The translations under genes were made by a program, and so were the position numbers. DNA of 64,000 nt, from contig OZ037765.1 in the NCBI GenBank assembly GCA_964035545.1, positions 24,489,504 through 24,553,503 on the forward strand, given 5' to 3'. Below the pieces are notes generated by a model. It saw only the letters and a program-made list of their open reading frames with translations, had not been told where the DNA came from and did no database searches. The stretch is from Bugula neritina (Eukaryota; Animalia; Bryozoa). Of this stretch, positions 12,314 to 28,009 are shown in pieces. Every line of letters begins with the position of its first letter. Position 1 is the stretch's first letter.

Positions 12314-14173
12314 ATGGGTCGAGGTATATCATTTACTGAATATCTGCGCATATAACCATAATGATTTCATAAATATCAATGTAATATGTTGGTTGTCTTG
12401 CTAAATACATCTCATTATTATATATACAATATTTCTTTTTGAATCATAGGCAGAAAACCTTCTCGGGGCGGTTCAAGAAGATTCACTGATATTGAAACAC
12501 TGAAACAGCAATCTCGGGAACTGGAAAGACAATCCGCAAGAGTAAGAATATGATATTTGAAGCATTTCATGTACCATGCTCATTATTCAAACATGAAATT
12601 AATAGTAATAATTGTGGGAAATTCTATATTTTAAACAGAGCAGTCTAAACTCTGGAATTCATTTAAAATAAATATTGAGGGAAACTTCACTTTAAACTTC
12701 TATTTCTGGCTCGAGCGATTTTTAATTGACTCTTTAGACTCTAGAGTAAAAAGCTATGAAAGATTTATATAAACTTATACATATTTAGTGGTTACAGCAA
12801 TTATTCATTTTAAACATCATATTTAGGTATCCTATTAAAACATTAGGTTTTTAGTTAATGCAATAGGATAAGCTGGGTTGATCAGGCGAATTACTGACAG
12901 TTTAGCATAGGTGTTGTCTCCTCTTTCACTTATATAGAACACTAGATGATTGTTTTTAGCATGAGCAAGACGATGATGACGATGAAGACGATGACGCAGA
13001 TGAACAAGTGGTTATCAATAGACAAGGTGCTGTCGGCGAACTTCCTCCTTCTGAGTCAGAGAGTGAAGAAGAATCTGATGAGGATAGTCCGTCTAAAGGT
13101 GCTTCCGCTGGCGATAAGGTTAATATTACATTGTAGTTATTTCATGGTTCTATGTTAAATAATGCAGCAGAGAAAAAGCTAGTTGGTTTTTTTAGTTCTC
13201 CTGTAAATGAATAGTGGTCTCTTTGCTAAGGCAAGATTTTATATCTATAAGCACTTACCAACAACTTCCAAGTCAAATTATAGCTATTCAATTTCAGAGT
13301 TTCACTCAATTCAAGTTATTGCTGGCTTATGCTCTTCTTTTTAGGTTATTGAGATGCTCAAATTGATGCAGATAATGAAGACATCCAAACTATACAACAG
13401 TTTATTTCTTGAGTAACACTAATTTCACAACTTGAGCTAGTATTTGAGCTTTTTGTTTTTATGGCTAGTATAATTCAATAGTGATTTATGGCCATGCGAT
13501 TCTGATAATCGTTAGATGTGAATTATGCCATCCTAATACTTCTATTTGTAGTCTCAATCGAATCCCAGCGCCAAACCTACCAATGCTCTGCAGCAGAAAA
13601 ATAAAAAGATAAATGATCTTACTTTAGAAAGCTTAGAAATTACAGATCCAAAGCGAGGTTTAAATCGGAAAGAGAGGTAGTAAATACGAACCACCTTGTA
13701 ACATCATCCAGTATCCATGCAAGTGTAAATAATGTATATTATAACATAATTTCACTTTTCTTTTCATGAACCTTCAACACTGAACTAATTCGTGTGTTTA
13801 TACATTCAGGGAAGAGCTAGCTAAACAAGAAGCGAAAAAAAAATATCAAGCATTAACTGCAGCGGGTAAAACAGACGAGGCCAAGGCAGACCTTGCAAGA
13901 TTAGCAATAATAAGAGCCCAGCGTGAGGAGGCAGCCAAGAAACGAGAGTTGGAGCAGAAAGGTGAGCGCAGGGTGTGTGCGTATGGTGCGGTCATTATTT
14001 CTTCAGTGTGTCATTTTAGCTCAAAAATATGGTTTTGTTATTATTGCGAGAATAGTGTCATGAACATTGAAAAGTAATACACGTCATATTAAACTTTATT
14101 CATTCTAGCAAAGGAAGCAGCAGCAAAAGCTAAAGCAGAAGCAAGAAAGAAAGCCCAGAGTAATAAAATATGA
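12314..14173 (+). CDS. PDAP1: 28 kDa heat- and acid-stable phosphoprotein / PDGFA-associated protein 1
   Basis: Exons 12314-12323, 12450-12541, 12960-13118, 13552-13676, 13810-13961, 14109-14173 join in frame. C-terminal [41 protein letters not shown]; acidic middle. Confidence 0.93.
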
Positions 14174-14455
14174 AGTGTATACATTTTTTAGTCGTATAAT
14201 AGTTGAATGTAATGTATATAAATGTTATATATGGTCATTTTATATGAATAATTCACGTATAATTTGTATTACAATATCACATCAACAAGATTACTACTAT
14301 CTAGCCATCACACACTTATTTTGAATAATAACTGCATTGCCTGATATGACATAACAAGAGTAACAAATGAAATAATAGGTAACATGGGCATTGCCATAAA
14401 AATAAATACCAAATAATCAATAAATAAATTATCAACAATAAGTCAGATAGTAGCT

Positions 14456-17400
14456 TTAACACAGACTAGAGCTACGTAATAATGATACATTTCCTGAAGC
14501 ACTAAGTATCGTTGGCCGTTCATAAGATCGATTGTGTGCACTTGAAGCTGCCAATTGCTTCTTGTGGGTCTTGTTATGCTGTGTCAGGTGGTCTGAGCGA
14601 GCAAATGTGGCACCGCATTCTCCGCACACATAGGGTCTCTCCTGAACATCAAAGTTGCAAAAACTTTTAACATAACTAACAGTTTTAGGTTCAGAGTAAC
14701 CAAATAAATTAATCCACTACTATTTATTCTGTAGTCAGATTCTAAATGTAGTCGAAAGAGAATAATTGTAAATTTGAATTTTACCTGAGTGTGAGTTTTC
14801 AAATGATGCTTTAGAGATTGAGCTGTGGTAAATCCAGCGTCACAATATTCACAAACATGGGGTCTAGCTTCTGCATGGTGGTGAATATGTTGCTGCAAAA
14901 TTTCAATTAAACACAAATTTACATCAGAAAAGTAAAAATATAATAAGATCTACACGAATCAGTAGCATTCAATGCATTTTCTGCAGAACTATACTCGGGG
15001 AGTGTCACAAATATTTTTAATAAGCTAGCAAGTAAATCACATGCGCAGAGTTCTGTTATTTTAAGGAACTTTACATACCTTTAGACTTGAGACAGATTTA
15101 AAAGTTTTTTCACATATACCACATTTTGGAATGCTGATTGGCTGGTACCTATCACTGTCATCAAGTGCATGAGTTCCTAAAAAAATCATGTTGAATCACC
15201 AATTATTGAAAAATACAAATACTATTGAGAAAGATACAGGCAAAAATTAATACTGGATTAGGAAGCTCTCACCTAAATGGTATGTTAAATCCTGTTTGTT
15301 AGTGAATTTTTTTCCACAATTCTTGTATGTGCAAACATATTCTTGTGTGATGAGATGGTGCGACTTTATGTGTAAAGGAAGATAACTCTCATTTACAAAT
15401 ATCTACAAAAATTCAAACGCATTCAATCACTAAAATTCCAATTATTTTGGTAAAAGCAACATTTATTTTTTGGAATATCTTAATTAAAACAAGCAAAAAT
15501 TTATCTATTATATTTTAATCATACAAAAAAAACAATTTTGTAGATACACTATATGCATGAAATGATTTACCTTTGAACAATAAGGACACTTCCTTTTCGC
15601 TAGGCTGTCACTGAGTTTTTCTCCTGGTTCAACTTTTGTGTGAACATCAATTCCATCTTCATCAGCTTCACTGTCAAATATACTGACTGCGTACTGGCGC
15701 TTTAAAAGATTTGGTGTTTGTGGTTGTACTTCAGGTATACTCTACAAGCAAAGAAAATTACAAATATTTTCTCAATTTGCAACTCCTATTTGTTGTAATT
15801 GTAACAATTCAAACTGCTGACCTATTTTAGCTAAGCTGTGTAGAGATGATAGACTAGTTACCTGTTGGCCAGAGGTATTGGCGTCAAGGCTATCACCTGA
15901 GTGAGCCAACATGTGCTTATTAGATCTGTTATTCACTTGAACCACAGGTCCTTCATGCAGTTTCATGTGAATATTCAGGCTATCCTGTAAAAAAAATTTC
16001 AACACTCCAATGCTGTAATAAAGAATCACAAAAAAAAATTATTATAGGTAGTTAGGGCATTCTTACCGTAGCCTTTCCAAATAATAAGAAAATACATCTT
16101 ACAAGTCAGTATTTAAAATAAGCCATTGCTAGACCAAAGCACAGCACTGGGGTACATTGAACAAGTGTGAGAATGACTGAATGCATAACACACATATTAT
16201 ATAAACAAAAGTTATAATGAAACCAGTAAAAAAACAATTCAGAAAAGCAGTAAAATAGCTCACCTGGCTATTAAAAATAGCTCTACAGAGTTCACAGATG
16301 AACTTCAGATCTGAAGGTTTAGGTTGTATTCGTAAATCTATGGGCTCATTGCACTCTTCAAAGGATGTGCCTGCAGACTGGTCATGATGAAGACCTGGCT
16401 TTGCTGACTTAACTACGGATATTCTCTGAAAAAAATAAAAACAAATGGTGAATCCATCACAGTTGTGATTTTTGCATATGCTTATAAGTTGTCTTGCAAC
16501 AAGCCCAATATTTTTTGGCACTATTTTATGCCAAATTGAACCACGTCTAACGAACTATATCAACATTTTCTCTCTCTCTGTAACAACTTTCATGTGGGGT
16601 CACAATCTCTAACTCGATAAAATTACCACATAGCATTAAATATAAGTAGAAGATAGCAATTGTTTTGCATATTCTTGAGAAAAAAGAAAACTAATACACT
16701 ATCAATATCATACAACATAAAAAACCAAGAGCAATCGGAGGCAATCCACTATATATCAAGAGAACTTTCTTTGCAAGGATGACAACTAGTTGTATTTTAT
16801 TCTTAGTGTTGGGGAAAGTTCAAGAGGCTAGATAAATATTTGCTCTTACAAAATGACAGCTTAACAATAAACACCAGTTTTTATGCCTAAAAACTAAGGT
16901 TTATATAATTTTTTACATTAATTACAGAAAAATCAACAGTCTGATATTAATAAATTAGTTATAAGAATCTATATTGTAAGAGAAAGAATATACTAACCGA
17001 TGTACTAGCTGTATTCGAAAAATCAACAGCTTTTGTTAGAAATGAAGTGCTGGCATAGCTTGTATCGACTGGAGTGTGATAAGAATGGGGAATAATTGGA
17101 GTTGTGTTAGCATGAACTGGTGTCTGTGACAGATCTAGTAAACTCCTAGCAATATCATCTTCAATGTTGCGTATAGCAGGAAGGCTCAAGTTCAGAACTA
17201 AAATATACAGATGTGAGCAATATAGAATCACCTACATAACATTTTTAATGTAATGTATACAAATGAACAGCATTGGCTACCTTTGATAGTACTGAGTGAA
17301 AACAGCTCTCGTAAATATTTATTATGCTATTATAGCTAAATCAAGAGCATAATGTACTAGTGATGATCCTAAAGTATTGAATATTCAAAGAGACCGTTAT

Positions 17401-20400
17401 TTATCCAAACAATAAATCATCACTAAACATTGCTTCAAGCTATTTTGGTGGTTTGATAATTTAAAGCTGAGTCCTAAACAGCACAAAAGCCAGTAAGCCA
17501 AAAACTACTAACTGTTTTTCTTTTTCTTCTTTTTCAGAGGCGGTTGACCATCCTGACTGGAGCTGTCAGGCTCTTTGTCAACAGGTTGAGGTAGCGTATC
17601 CATGACAGAAGGGGAGTCAAAGCTGTTAGCCATGTGCTGTGCTGGCATACTGTGCACTCGGCGTAAACTGGCATTGCTGAAAGATGGCAGCTCTATGTCA
17701 GCACACCTGCCAAGACATGTCAGACATGTTGAATATGCAGTTAACAAGATGTGCAAATTTTCATTAAGTTTCTGATTCGATCATTCTCTTTAAGGATTTT
17801 AAAATGAAAAAACAGTCTCACTTGCTATCAGTGTCATCAGTATCGATTGCGTCTTCATTTATATGTAAGGCGCCGTCTGTTGAACTATCATCATCAGAAG
17901 TGTTATCTTCTTCATCTTCACTAGCCTCAGCATCTCCATCTGTTTGCTCAGAAATTTTCACACCCTAAAAAATTTCCCTCAACAGTTTAAGCCAACATTC
18001 TCAACTGATAAGTGCGAATGCTGCTATGTAATATTAGGTTATCAACAAATTATAAAATATAGTCCACAATATTTGGGTAAAATACTGTAAGTCAATAAAA
18101 TATCACTACACACTTTATATCTAAATATAAACAAAACAGCATATCACACATGTCAAGTAAATTTTTAAAGGAACAAAAAAGTAAAGTAAACTTGTAGTGT
18201 AGGTTCTGCAAAAGTTTATCATTGCGTGTAATGTTTAGCTGCCAACAGGTGAGTGTAAAGTACCTTAATTTTGCTTTCTCTAGACAACTTCTGCTGAGTA
18301 GCCAAAATATCTGCATCAATCTGGCTGTCATCTACTGTCGATGGAACGGGCACAATATTCAGTTCTAGGCACCGGCGATGGTGTGCTTTTGACCTCATGT
18401 GTTTGGTCAGGTTGCCTGTAACAGCAGGAGAGCATACTTATTTATAAAGTAACTATCTTAGAATAAAATTTACTTCAAGGATGTAAAAACAAAAGTTGAC
18501 AAAATAAATTACAAAATATATAACTAAAACCAAATAAAAAATTTCTAAAATAAGTAGTTCTATTAAAAATATGGAAGTAGGAAACAAGCCAAGAAAAACA
18601 GAATGTCCAAATTGCAAACCTTTTGTTTTGAAGGAAAATTTGCAGTGTCTACAGCTGTAAGGCCGCAAATCAGTGTGGGTGCGGATATGCTTCTTGAGCA
18701 TGCTGGGTTTGCGACAGCGTATACCACACTGCTGACACACATACTTCCCTTTACCACGGCCTCGAATATACACGTAATCCTCATCAGACTTGAAGCCACC
18801 TGCTATCAACTACAATTAAAAACATTACTTATGAGTTAAAAATAATTTATATTTTATGATCTCATTGCAATCCAACTGTAACTCTTTATCTTTTAAATTG
18901 AATTTATGCAATTTTACACTTTGATATGCCAAAAAGTGCTAGTTTATCTCAATTGGTAATTTAAAGTTGAGAGTTAGATAAGAAACAATTTTAAATGATG
19001 GATGAGTGAGTTTTTGCTATAATTAACTTTATTGTTGTATCTACCTTTAATTTAGTTTATTCAGGACAGATTTCTTTTTTTAAAGATCAAGTTTTTAGCA
19101 GTCAAACTATTTATCAAATTCTCTAATAATTGTAGTTGGACAAGATGAGTATAAAAACAAACCAAAATAAAATTGAACATACCTTGGATTGATTCTCAGG
19201 TGCACCTGCATTTGGAGTTGATATTGATCGAAGCAACACATTTTTACGATTATAAGAACTTTCTGAAGAGTTGACAGGAGGTGGAGCTATTTCTTGCAGT
19301 TCTTTAACATTGATACTACATGTTGAAGAAGATGATTGACTGCGACTGGGTACTTCAGCGCTGGATACAAGTGAAGCACAGGTGAAAGCTGAACTTTTAG
19401 TTGGCTGATGGCCGGTGGTCGCTAGGGATGTGTTGGTGTTGGCTCTAACTAAAACATCGGCACCAGATGGTGTCATAGACTGCATCACTCTCATTTTATT
19501 CTTATACTGCCAGTAGCTTGAATGAGTGAGTATGCTCCTTAGATCAATGTTGCATATTGTATAGGACTGGTCTCTCCACTCTTGCTTATAACAATTCAAC
19601 GGCACGGTCATGTCGACCCAAGCATTCTTTATACAATCGGATTCATCAGCTTTGTATGATGAAAGAGTGGGAGAAACCGAAGTATACAATTTATCAGACA
19701 TCAGTTTTAATTGAAGAGTGCAATAATGAGTCTGACATTCGGCTATGATATGGCTATTGGTAGGAGACAGAGTATCAGGATCACTCAGGACAGTTACATC
19801 TTTACTTATCAACAGTTTTCCGGAAGGAAGTGGCTGGTGAATAATGGAAGTACATATTGAAGGGCCATGAGGGATGGCATCTGATTGACATGAAACTGAA
19901 GATACTGTAGAAGTTTGTGTTTTAGTAACAACAGGTGCTGCTAGCTGAGACTCATCTATTGACTTTTTCAGTGTAGCAGAATCTACAACTGAATCGTCGA
20001 AACTCACAGTGGATCGAGATTTTGGCTGAGAAAATCGACGCCGAAGAATGCTCAACCGTTGGTGTGCAGTAGAAACAGGGGTGGGAGAGATTTGTGTAGT
20101 GAGTTTTGTGGTCAGAGTACTGGTTGAGGGTGAGTTTAGAGTCTCTTGAACACAAGAGTTCACCCGACTCCTTGTAGCCTGTAAAGATGAGGAAGTGTGC
20201 AATACCAGCGGTTGATTGGAACTGTTATGTGGTGCTGACTTGCAGACAGATGACTGAAAATATGGAGTCGAGAGTTTTGAAGTCGTCTTCATTGATTGTA
20301 CATGTGACACAGGAGGAGTGTGGCAGTGATGATTTACCTGTAAAAAAAGTGCATGTTTTATATAGAGTTGCAGCAACATAAATACCTGTTTAACATATTA

Positions 20401-23400
20401 TAGTTTGTGATATTGACATATGACTCACCTCACTACTGCTGACTGACATGCTTATAGGTAACGAAACTGTGGATGCACTGCTTGATGTCACCAAATTGCT
20501 GGGAGACAGCAGTTTGGCCATTGAAAACATTTCGTTACTAGAGGTCAAGGGGCTGGTTGTGATTGCAGAAGTGTTTACAGGTAGAGATTGAGATAGCAAA
20601 CTTGAGACCTAAATACAATGAAAAGTTAACACTACTCATATTTATATAAAACTAATGACATAATTTCATATTAATGGTGTATGAGCTGATGAATTCCGCA
20701 AGTAAACCGTACAATATAATAATTTTCATGAGGCCAAAACTACAAAAAATAGCAACTCAAGAAAAAAAAAGAAATAATTTGAGGAAAAAGCGAAGTTAAT
20801 GACTGTAATAACTTACTTTGAGTGCATTTGAATTGCTTGGTGGTGGTAAGGTCACTGGTGAAGCATTTACCAGCTGAACAGGAAAAGGAATAAGCTGTAC
20901 TGATGATGCTGACGATAGTGGTATCGTCTTTTGTTGTGATGCTACAGCTGGTAACATGTTAGCATAATTCACTGCCGAGACGTTGCTAACTGTCAACCGC
21001 ATTCTGACACCTACCAAACACAAAATATAATCAAATTGTTGAAATCCAAGCAAACAAAATGAAAGAAAATTGTAAACATATACTAATACACACACACATA
21101 TATGTGCACAATAACAAGTATAACATATATACATAATATACAAATGCATACCTTGACTAGGCAGAGGCTTAGCCGCGGTTCCAACGCGTGCAGATTCTAA
21201 CGAAACAGAAAGATTGGATGACACCGCACTAAAATTAGGTTTGGATATTTGGACGGCAGAAAAAGAAGAGCTTTTTGTGATATTGCTTTCTGTGGAAGAG
21301 GGCAAATCGATGTTTGGTGAAGTAGTTGTTGCCACTCCCTTTGTAGAGGTAACTTCGGCTGTCACTAGGGACTGTTCTACAGAGCTGGTAATTGGCAGCT
21401 TAGAAGAGTCCAGAGGCATGGATAGAGGTAGAGATTGACTTTTGCTGACTAGTGGATTGTTGGTACAGGAAGTGCTTGGTGAATCGCAACTTGTTTCAGC
21501 TGGTTTAACAGACTGGGTGCTTGTAGGAGCCGAGAGTAAAGAAACCTTGTAGTTGGAATCAAAAGACTCTGCACGGCTTGACCCAGCACTTTGATATCTA
21601 GAGACGGAATACAGCAGGGGTTGTCTCAGATTTGCTGGAGGGTCTTGAGATTCTGACACGCTGCCTCCACTATGCTGACCCATGTGTTTCAGCAGGTGCT
21701 TCTTCAAGTACTCCTTAGTATTGACTCCATCAGCAACTACAGCTTCTACAACACAGCAATGAGCTATGAGAAAATCTAAGCTTACATCAAAGAAGTTTTT
21801 AATATAAACAAAGCATACTCTGGTCAATAAAGAGATTTTTCAAATAGAGTGGAAATAACTTATGCAGAGTAACACACTAACCCACATATTTCCTTTGTTT
21901 TTCCTAAACACAGAGCAGTCATAGCTCACAGCCTCAAATACTTATTGTAATAATTGATAGAATTAATCCTATGACTACTGATTTATACAAACACTTCACT
22001 AAATATTAATAAAAAAGTGAAAAAGCCATTTTAAAATAATAAAAATAAAAAAACAAAACAAAATAATGAAGAAAATAAACCACAAGTTTAGTTAACACTA
22101 TCATATTCAGTACATTATGCATTGTAACAAAGCATTGCCAGGCCAACAACCAACTAAACAGGGTATCTCAATATACAATTTTGCTCACATGGATTACGAA
22201 ATATATCAAGTTATATGCACATCTATAAACAGCTAAAACAATGGACCCAGCATATGCTGAACATTCACATGTAGAGAAATCTTCAACCATGTTATCACAA
22301 TATTTAGGCCGAAAACTAGTGAGTGGTGACTTGTAGAGAAGACTGAGTAAATCACAAAAAAATCTTGATGGCTCTTCAATTTCCACCATATTAATTGAGG
22401 ACAAAAAAACACCACATAAATAGCATTGCACACCTTCCAGAAAGCTCTACGTTTACCTGTTGAAGATCCCTGGTGAGCGAAACGAGGTCGATCAGACTTG
22501 GACCTCTTGTACTTGGGGTTTATGATAAACTTGTCAGCAGATGTGCCGGTAGACAACTCCTCGGATCCAGTCTTGAATAACTTCCTTTTGTGTTTCTCTG
22601 AATAATGCAGCAGACATGCATGTATCTCACTAAATGAAGTACGGTGATTAATCTTCGAAAAGTAACAGCAATTCCTAATCAAAATGATTACTAAAGACTA
22701 TAGAATCATACACTACACCAAATCCAATTTCATTTGAGTTACACATATAGTGTAACGAGTAACTACAAACTATGGTATGTGATACACACTGGGTTTTGAT
22801 GAGGGAAACATGCTAATATTTAGAGTGAGTTTGTGGTAAATAATAAAAAATTCAAAGTTTAATTTGGCTAGCAGCTAACTAAAACATAACTGAACAAACC
22901 TGTAGATTCTTTCCTGGGAATATGATGGTAGTGGGATCTGTTAGCCAATGCGTGGTCTGTCAAAAGATGAAACAAATAAATAATATACACTCCATTCACA
23001 AATGTATCAACTGCAGAACTTTGAAACTGGTTGAACTATTTGACAATGCACAATACAATACAAGAGAAGTAAGTTTATAGAGTTATCCCTGAAATAAATC
23101 AACACAAACACAACGCATTAGAAAATGCTGATGTTTACCATGAGGAGCTAGCATTAGAAGTCTCATAAAAACGGTACAATTACACAACTTGGTGTTTTAA
23201 TATTTCAAAGTTTACCATTTACATGATGTGTTTTCTCTTAGATTTCATTTTGACATTTTTAATAATTTTCACAAATTTTTCCATAATAATTACTGTTAAT
23301 AACTGACTGGCAATGCTACAATAACTACTATACACTAGAGTGAAAATAAACAAGCTTCAAAACTAAAAGATGCTGCTTACCAATGTAGTCTTCATGACAA

Positions 23401-26400
23401 TAGAATGCCAGGTGGATCTCTAGAACGTGAAGTCTTGAGAAGCTAGTCTTACACTGGGCACAGATGTAGTTGTCACCGATAACCTTCATGTTGTTGGCAC
23501 TGAGAATAACTTCCCCGTAGGATATGCTATGACTAGATCGCTTTCTAGTAGAAACATCAGGGATGGACAGACTCAGCCTTATTTCCACAAAGTTTTTATG
23601 CATGCAAATCTAAAATTGATAAATTTGTTAAACGATTGAACACATTTCAGAACAACTCAAATTAGACTTGAGCAAGGTTATCACATTGGCTAAACATGAA
23701 GTTGCAAGGTAAGTCAGGAAGATGAAACACGAATGGCAAACATAATTTAGTAACAAGGCCTGCACACATGCTATCAGAACAAACTATCTTTAATGGTAGT
23801 TTTTAGTCCTATTTTTAGTGTGGCAAACCTTGTGAGTATATTGAAAAACTAATAAATCATTAGTAATATTACCTAGTTTGGGTCTGAAGTTTAAAAAAGT
23901 TGTGGAAACTGATTTTTAAATAAAATTAAATTGTTATGTCACCGGAGAGTTATTAACATTCAAGTGTATACTTAATGCAGAAAACATGATGTATGGAGCA
24001 TGCTCACATCTATTGACACTTATTATACCTTAATATCTGGGTCTATCATAGAGGTGGTGGAGATGACCTTGGTAAGAGAACCAAGTAGCTCGTCACGACC
24101 AGGTACGTCTGCTGAGGTAATGGCGAAAGTGCTATTCAAGTTAAAAGAAAATGAGATATTATATAATATATATATTATACACAAATACATTATATACATA
24201 TGCATTGTATATAATGTATGCATGCTAAAAAGATTAGTAAAAAATATCATTTCAAGTGGTAAAATAACTAACCCGGGAGATTGCTGAACAGAAGGCGTGG
24301 CAAAAGAAGAAGCAAAAATTGAAGTTGGTGTCTCGGAAGCAAACATCTGATTAGCAGGACTAGATACACTGTTCTGTCTGGAAAGTCTTCGCCTTGATAT
24401 CCCGTGACTAGAATCACTAACAATCTCGTTGTTATCCTAAAGACAAATAGGAAACACCATAGTATACATATAATTATTTATCAAAGGTATGTTGTCAGTA
24501 GTTTACACTCAGAAGAGTTGCATAAACAAGTTTTCTTATGCAAAGCACTTGAAGGTATCGTAAGAAAGTTTAAAATATTTGTATTCTAACTCTTATAGAA
24601 GCCAACTGTATAGGAAAGCAAATGTGTCTAAAAAACAATTCATTTCTTAGACAGTCATGCTCTTTTATATTCTAAAATTTGCGTTTATATTACATTATTC
24701 AAACTCAGCAAATTTTTGGCATCATAAGAACACCAAAAGCATGCTAGTACTAGAAAACCTTAAAATTTAAACGTTCGTCTTTGAAGTCAAAAATTAAATC
24801 ATTTAAAAGAGAAAAAAGATTTTGAAAATAAACTTTATAATTTTCTAAATAGGCTTATGGCAAAGTAAATTTGGAGAGTCTTTTTTTTTAATATGAAAAC
24901 CATTGCTATATTTTCAACTCATAAAACTATGTTAAAGTGTTTCACATAATAATTATATTAAAGGGAAGTGGTCACTATGCTCTTTGCACTTACTCTGATA
25001 ATTTTTTCAATTCGACTATGAACACTGGACTGCGAATTACCAGCATCAATGTGAGAGTTTACTGACTGAACTGGTGCCGTAATAACTGTATTGTCGCTGT
25101 CAACATCTATAAGTGAAATAAAGCATGAATTTCAATCAATAAGACAAGCAGATTCATAAATTAGTATGCTTTTTAAATCCCTTGTGTATTTGCCCCATTA
25201 GAATAGCTTAGCAACTACACTGCATTCCAATATTCAAGGGCACGCAATTATGATACGTGTGGTTACACTAACTTTAAAATATATCTTAATAATATAATTA
25301 TCCATCATTCCTTTTACAAAACTTTCAGAATTACCAGATTTGGAAGATTGGGGCAATTTTTGAGGTTGAAGTTGTATCGACACAATGCAAGACGTATTCT
25401 CATGAAGCCAGTGAGAGCGTCGTAGCAGAACCAGCTTCTCCAACTCAGCGTAATTGTCAATAGCATCGCATATTTTTTCGAGCTCTCGCAATGTCTCCAA
25501 ATATATAATTTGTAGAGACTTGGTAGGCGACGGTGACTGTCTGTTGATGGCGGATACAGTTGCAGGGATCTTTTCAAAAGACTGATTGAGTATCTACAAA
25601 GTAAATATTTTAAATTTTACACAATTTATACTAATTTTAAACCAATAAATGCAACTTCAAGTATATATGCAAGTGCATTCTGTACGCCAAAGGAAGAAAC
25701 CATAAAACTCACACTATCTGCGTCGGTACTAGGATCTCCTTCCAACATGTCCACACTCTCTTCTCGTGAACTCATGCTTTCCCCATAGTTACTATCCAAA
25801 GATATGCCCTGTTAATATGCCAAATGATAATTATATTTCGGATAAGCAAGTCCGTAACATAGGCATACAAAAGCATATTTTTTCTCTATGTTTATTTCTA
25901 AAAAAAATGTTATAAATTTAATAATTTTAATGCAGGACAAATCTCATTAAAAATCTAACGACCAACATAATATAATATGATACTAACACCACCATTAGAA
26001 ATTTGAATTTTTCAGAGATGATTTTGCAGAATAAAATAATGCAGGGTGCAACCTCACAAAATTTTTCATTTACCAAGACAAACTAAATTGTAGAAAAAAA
26101 GAGAAAAATACCACAAATGTTGAGTTAACTAACCTTTTCTTTGCTTCTCATAGTGTGAGCCAAAGATTTCCAGTGCTTATATAGATTGCTTTTGGTCTTG
26201 AATGACAACTCACAAACATTGCAAGGAAATGGGCGCTCTCCTGTGTGCATTCTGATGTGCTTTTTAAGGACACTTGGTTTGGCACATGCTCTACCACAGT
26301 ATTGACAAATGTGTTTACCAGGCTTAAATGGATGTTTTCGCTTTCTTCCAGACTTGGAAAAACCGGCAGCATCAACTAAAATGTAGTGACGACTATAAAG

Positions 26401-27024
26401 ACTAAAGTACAAATAAAAATGTCAGTTCATTGTACTATGCTGTCAAAACAACAAACCAAAATTAACTAAACAATTAGATAAAAATTCAATTCACACTTCC
26501 TAAAAATATTGATGATACCAAACTTTGAAAAAAAAATTGGTTTGGCTGAGCAAATGCCATTATTGTTATAAATTGTGATGACTTGGGGTGTGTGCGTGTG
26601 TGTGTGTGTACGTGCATAAGTTTTCCTACCACTAGTAACTGAGTCAGACTTGTCAAGTGATGCACCCTGGGAAACATCTTGAGAATCACAAGATTGCAAT
26701 GAGGTGCCCTGTACTCCAGATGCCTGGTCAGGACTGGACTGTAGAGAGCTCAGAGATGCACTTTTTACATGATCAGACAAGTTGAAGGTCTTTGAACTTG
26801 TAGCGGCTTCATTGGCTGACAGCAGTTGGTTAACTGAAGATTGTCTTTCTAGAGTGCGTCTTCTCGAAGACACAGCTACAGCAATAAATGTATAAAGAAA
26901 TAAAGTGGACCACAGACTTATAAAATTATTTAGCAAGTCAATTATTTACAGTACTTTTTTCAATGACATAATTCTCGAACATACCTGCAGCATTAGATTT
27001 TGGTGGATTGGAAATCTCACTCAT
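14456..27024 (-). CDS. shn: Schnurri/HIVEP zinc-finger transcription factor (multi-exon)
   Basis: First ZF pair [45 protein letters not shown] (26375-26134); solo CCHC finger (~23400-23470); [56 protein letters not shown] (18800-18380); acidic tract; C-terminal C2H2 cluster. Stop TAA ends at 14456; start ATG 27024 is inferred. Confidence 0.93.
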
Positions 27025-28009
27025 TTTTTCACAAAACTACATCGTCTGTAGACTAATGGTACCAGGAGTCTATAAAAAATGCACTAACATTTTTAGTTAG
27101 CAATAAATCATAAAAAAATAACAGCGTTTAAAAAAAAATTAATTCAACTTAGAATTTTTATTGTTGTTATTTTAATTCCAATGAATTTTATTTATAGTAT
27201 TTTTAATTTTCTAGTTAGTTAGCACTGTACTGACCAATATCATACTATAATAATTTATCGCATTAGCAAAAACTTTACAATAAAAAGTTCAACAGCACAT
27301 AAACATAAAAAGCTAAAAAAACTTGAGAGTCGTATATGGCAAGAAATTGCTTTAAAAAAAAATAAACAACAATATTTTATTGACCACATGCAAATGTAGA
27401 TTGCTTTCATCCTAACAACAGAAAATCATCCACTAGAGCATGAAGGTTTTATTACTTTTAATCCTTTTGCTATCAAAATGAACATGGCAACTTTGTGCTT
27501 ATTCTAAATAGCTAAATTCATCAGAATTTATCAATGATTTTAGTGGTGAACCTCTTCAACACATACAACAAATCAAAAATGGCAAACAAACTGGCAACAA
27601 ATGATTGATTTCACATTTCTGACAATAAATGTGTAATATCTGTGATAGAAAATGTCAAAGCTTAAAAGGACAAAATTATGGCAAAAAATAAGTACACCTT
27701 TACATTAATGAATCAATAATTAACATAAGATTGATTGTTTTACAAAAGCCAGTCAAACATCTTTGACACCAATGTAGAACTGCAGTGCGAATTTCAAATT
27801 GTAATGCAATGCAATATTTCATTTTAAAAAAAGTACAACTAATATAACTCTATTATTTATTTTCAACAAATAAAATGAGCCTATTAACCACACTGTAAAA
27901 ATTATAATCATAGTGACATTGAACTAAAAAAACTAATTATTACTTTCATTTTATAAACAATTGTAACTGTTACCAAAAAGCATATATGAATAATTATCAA
28001 CAGTAAATC

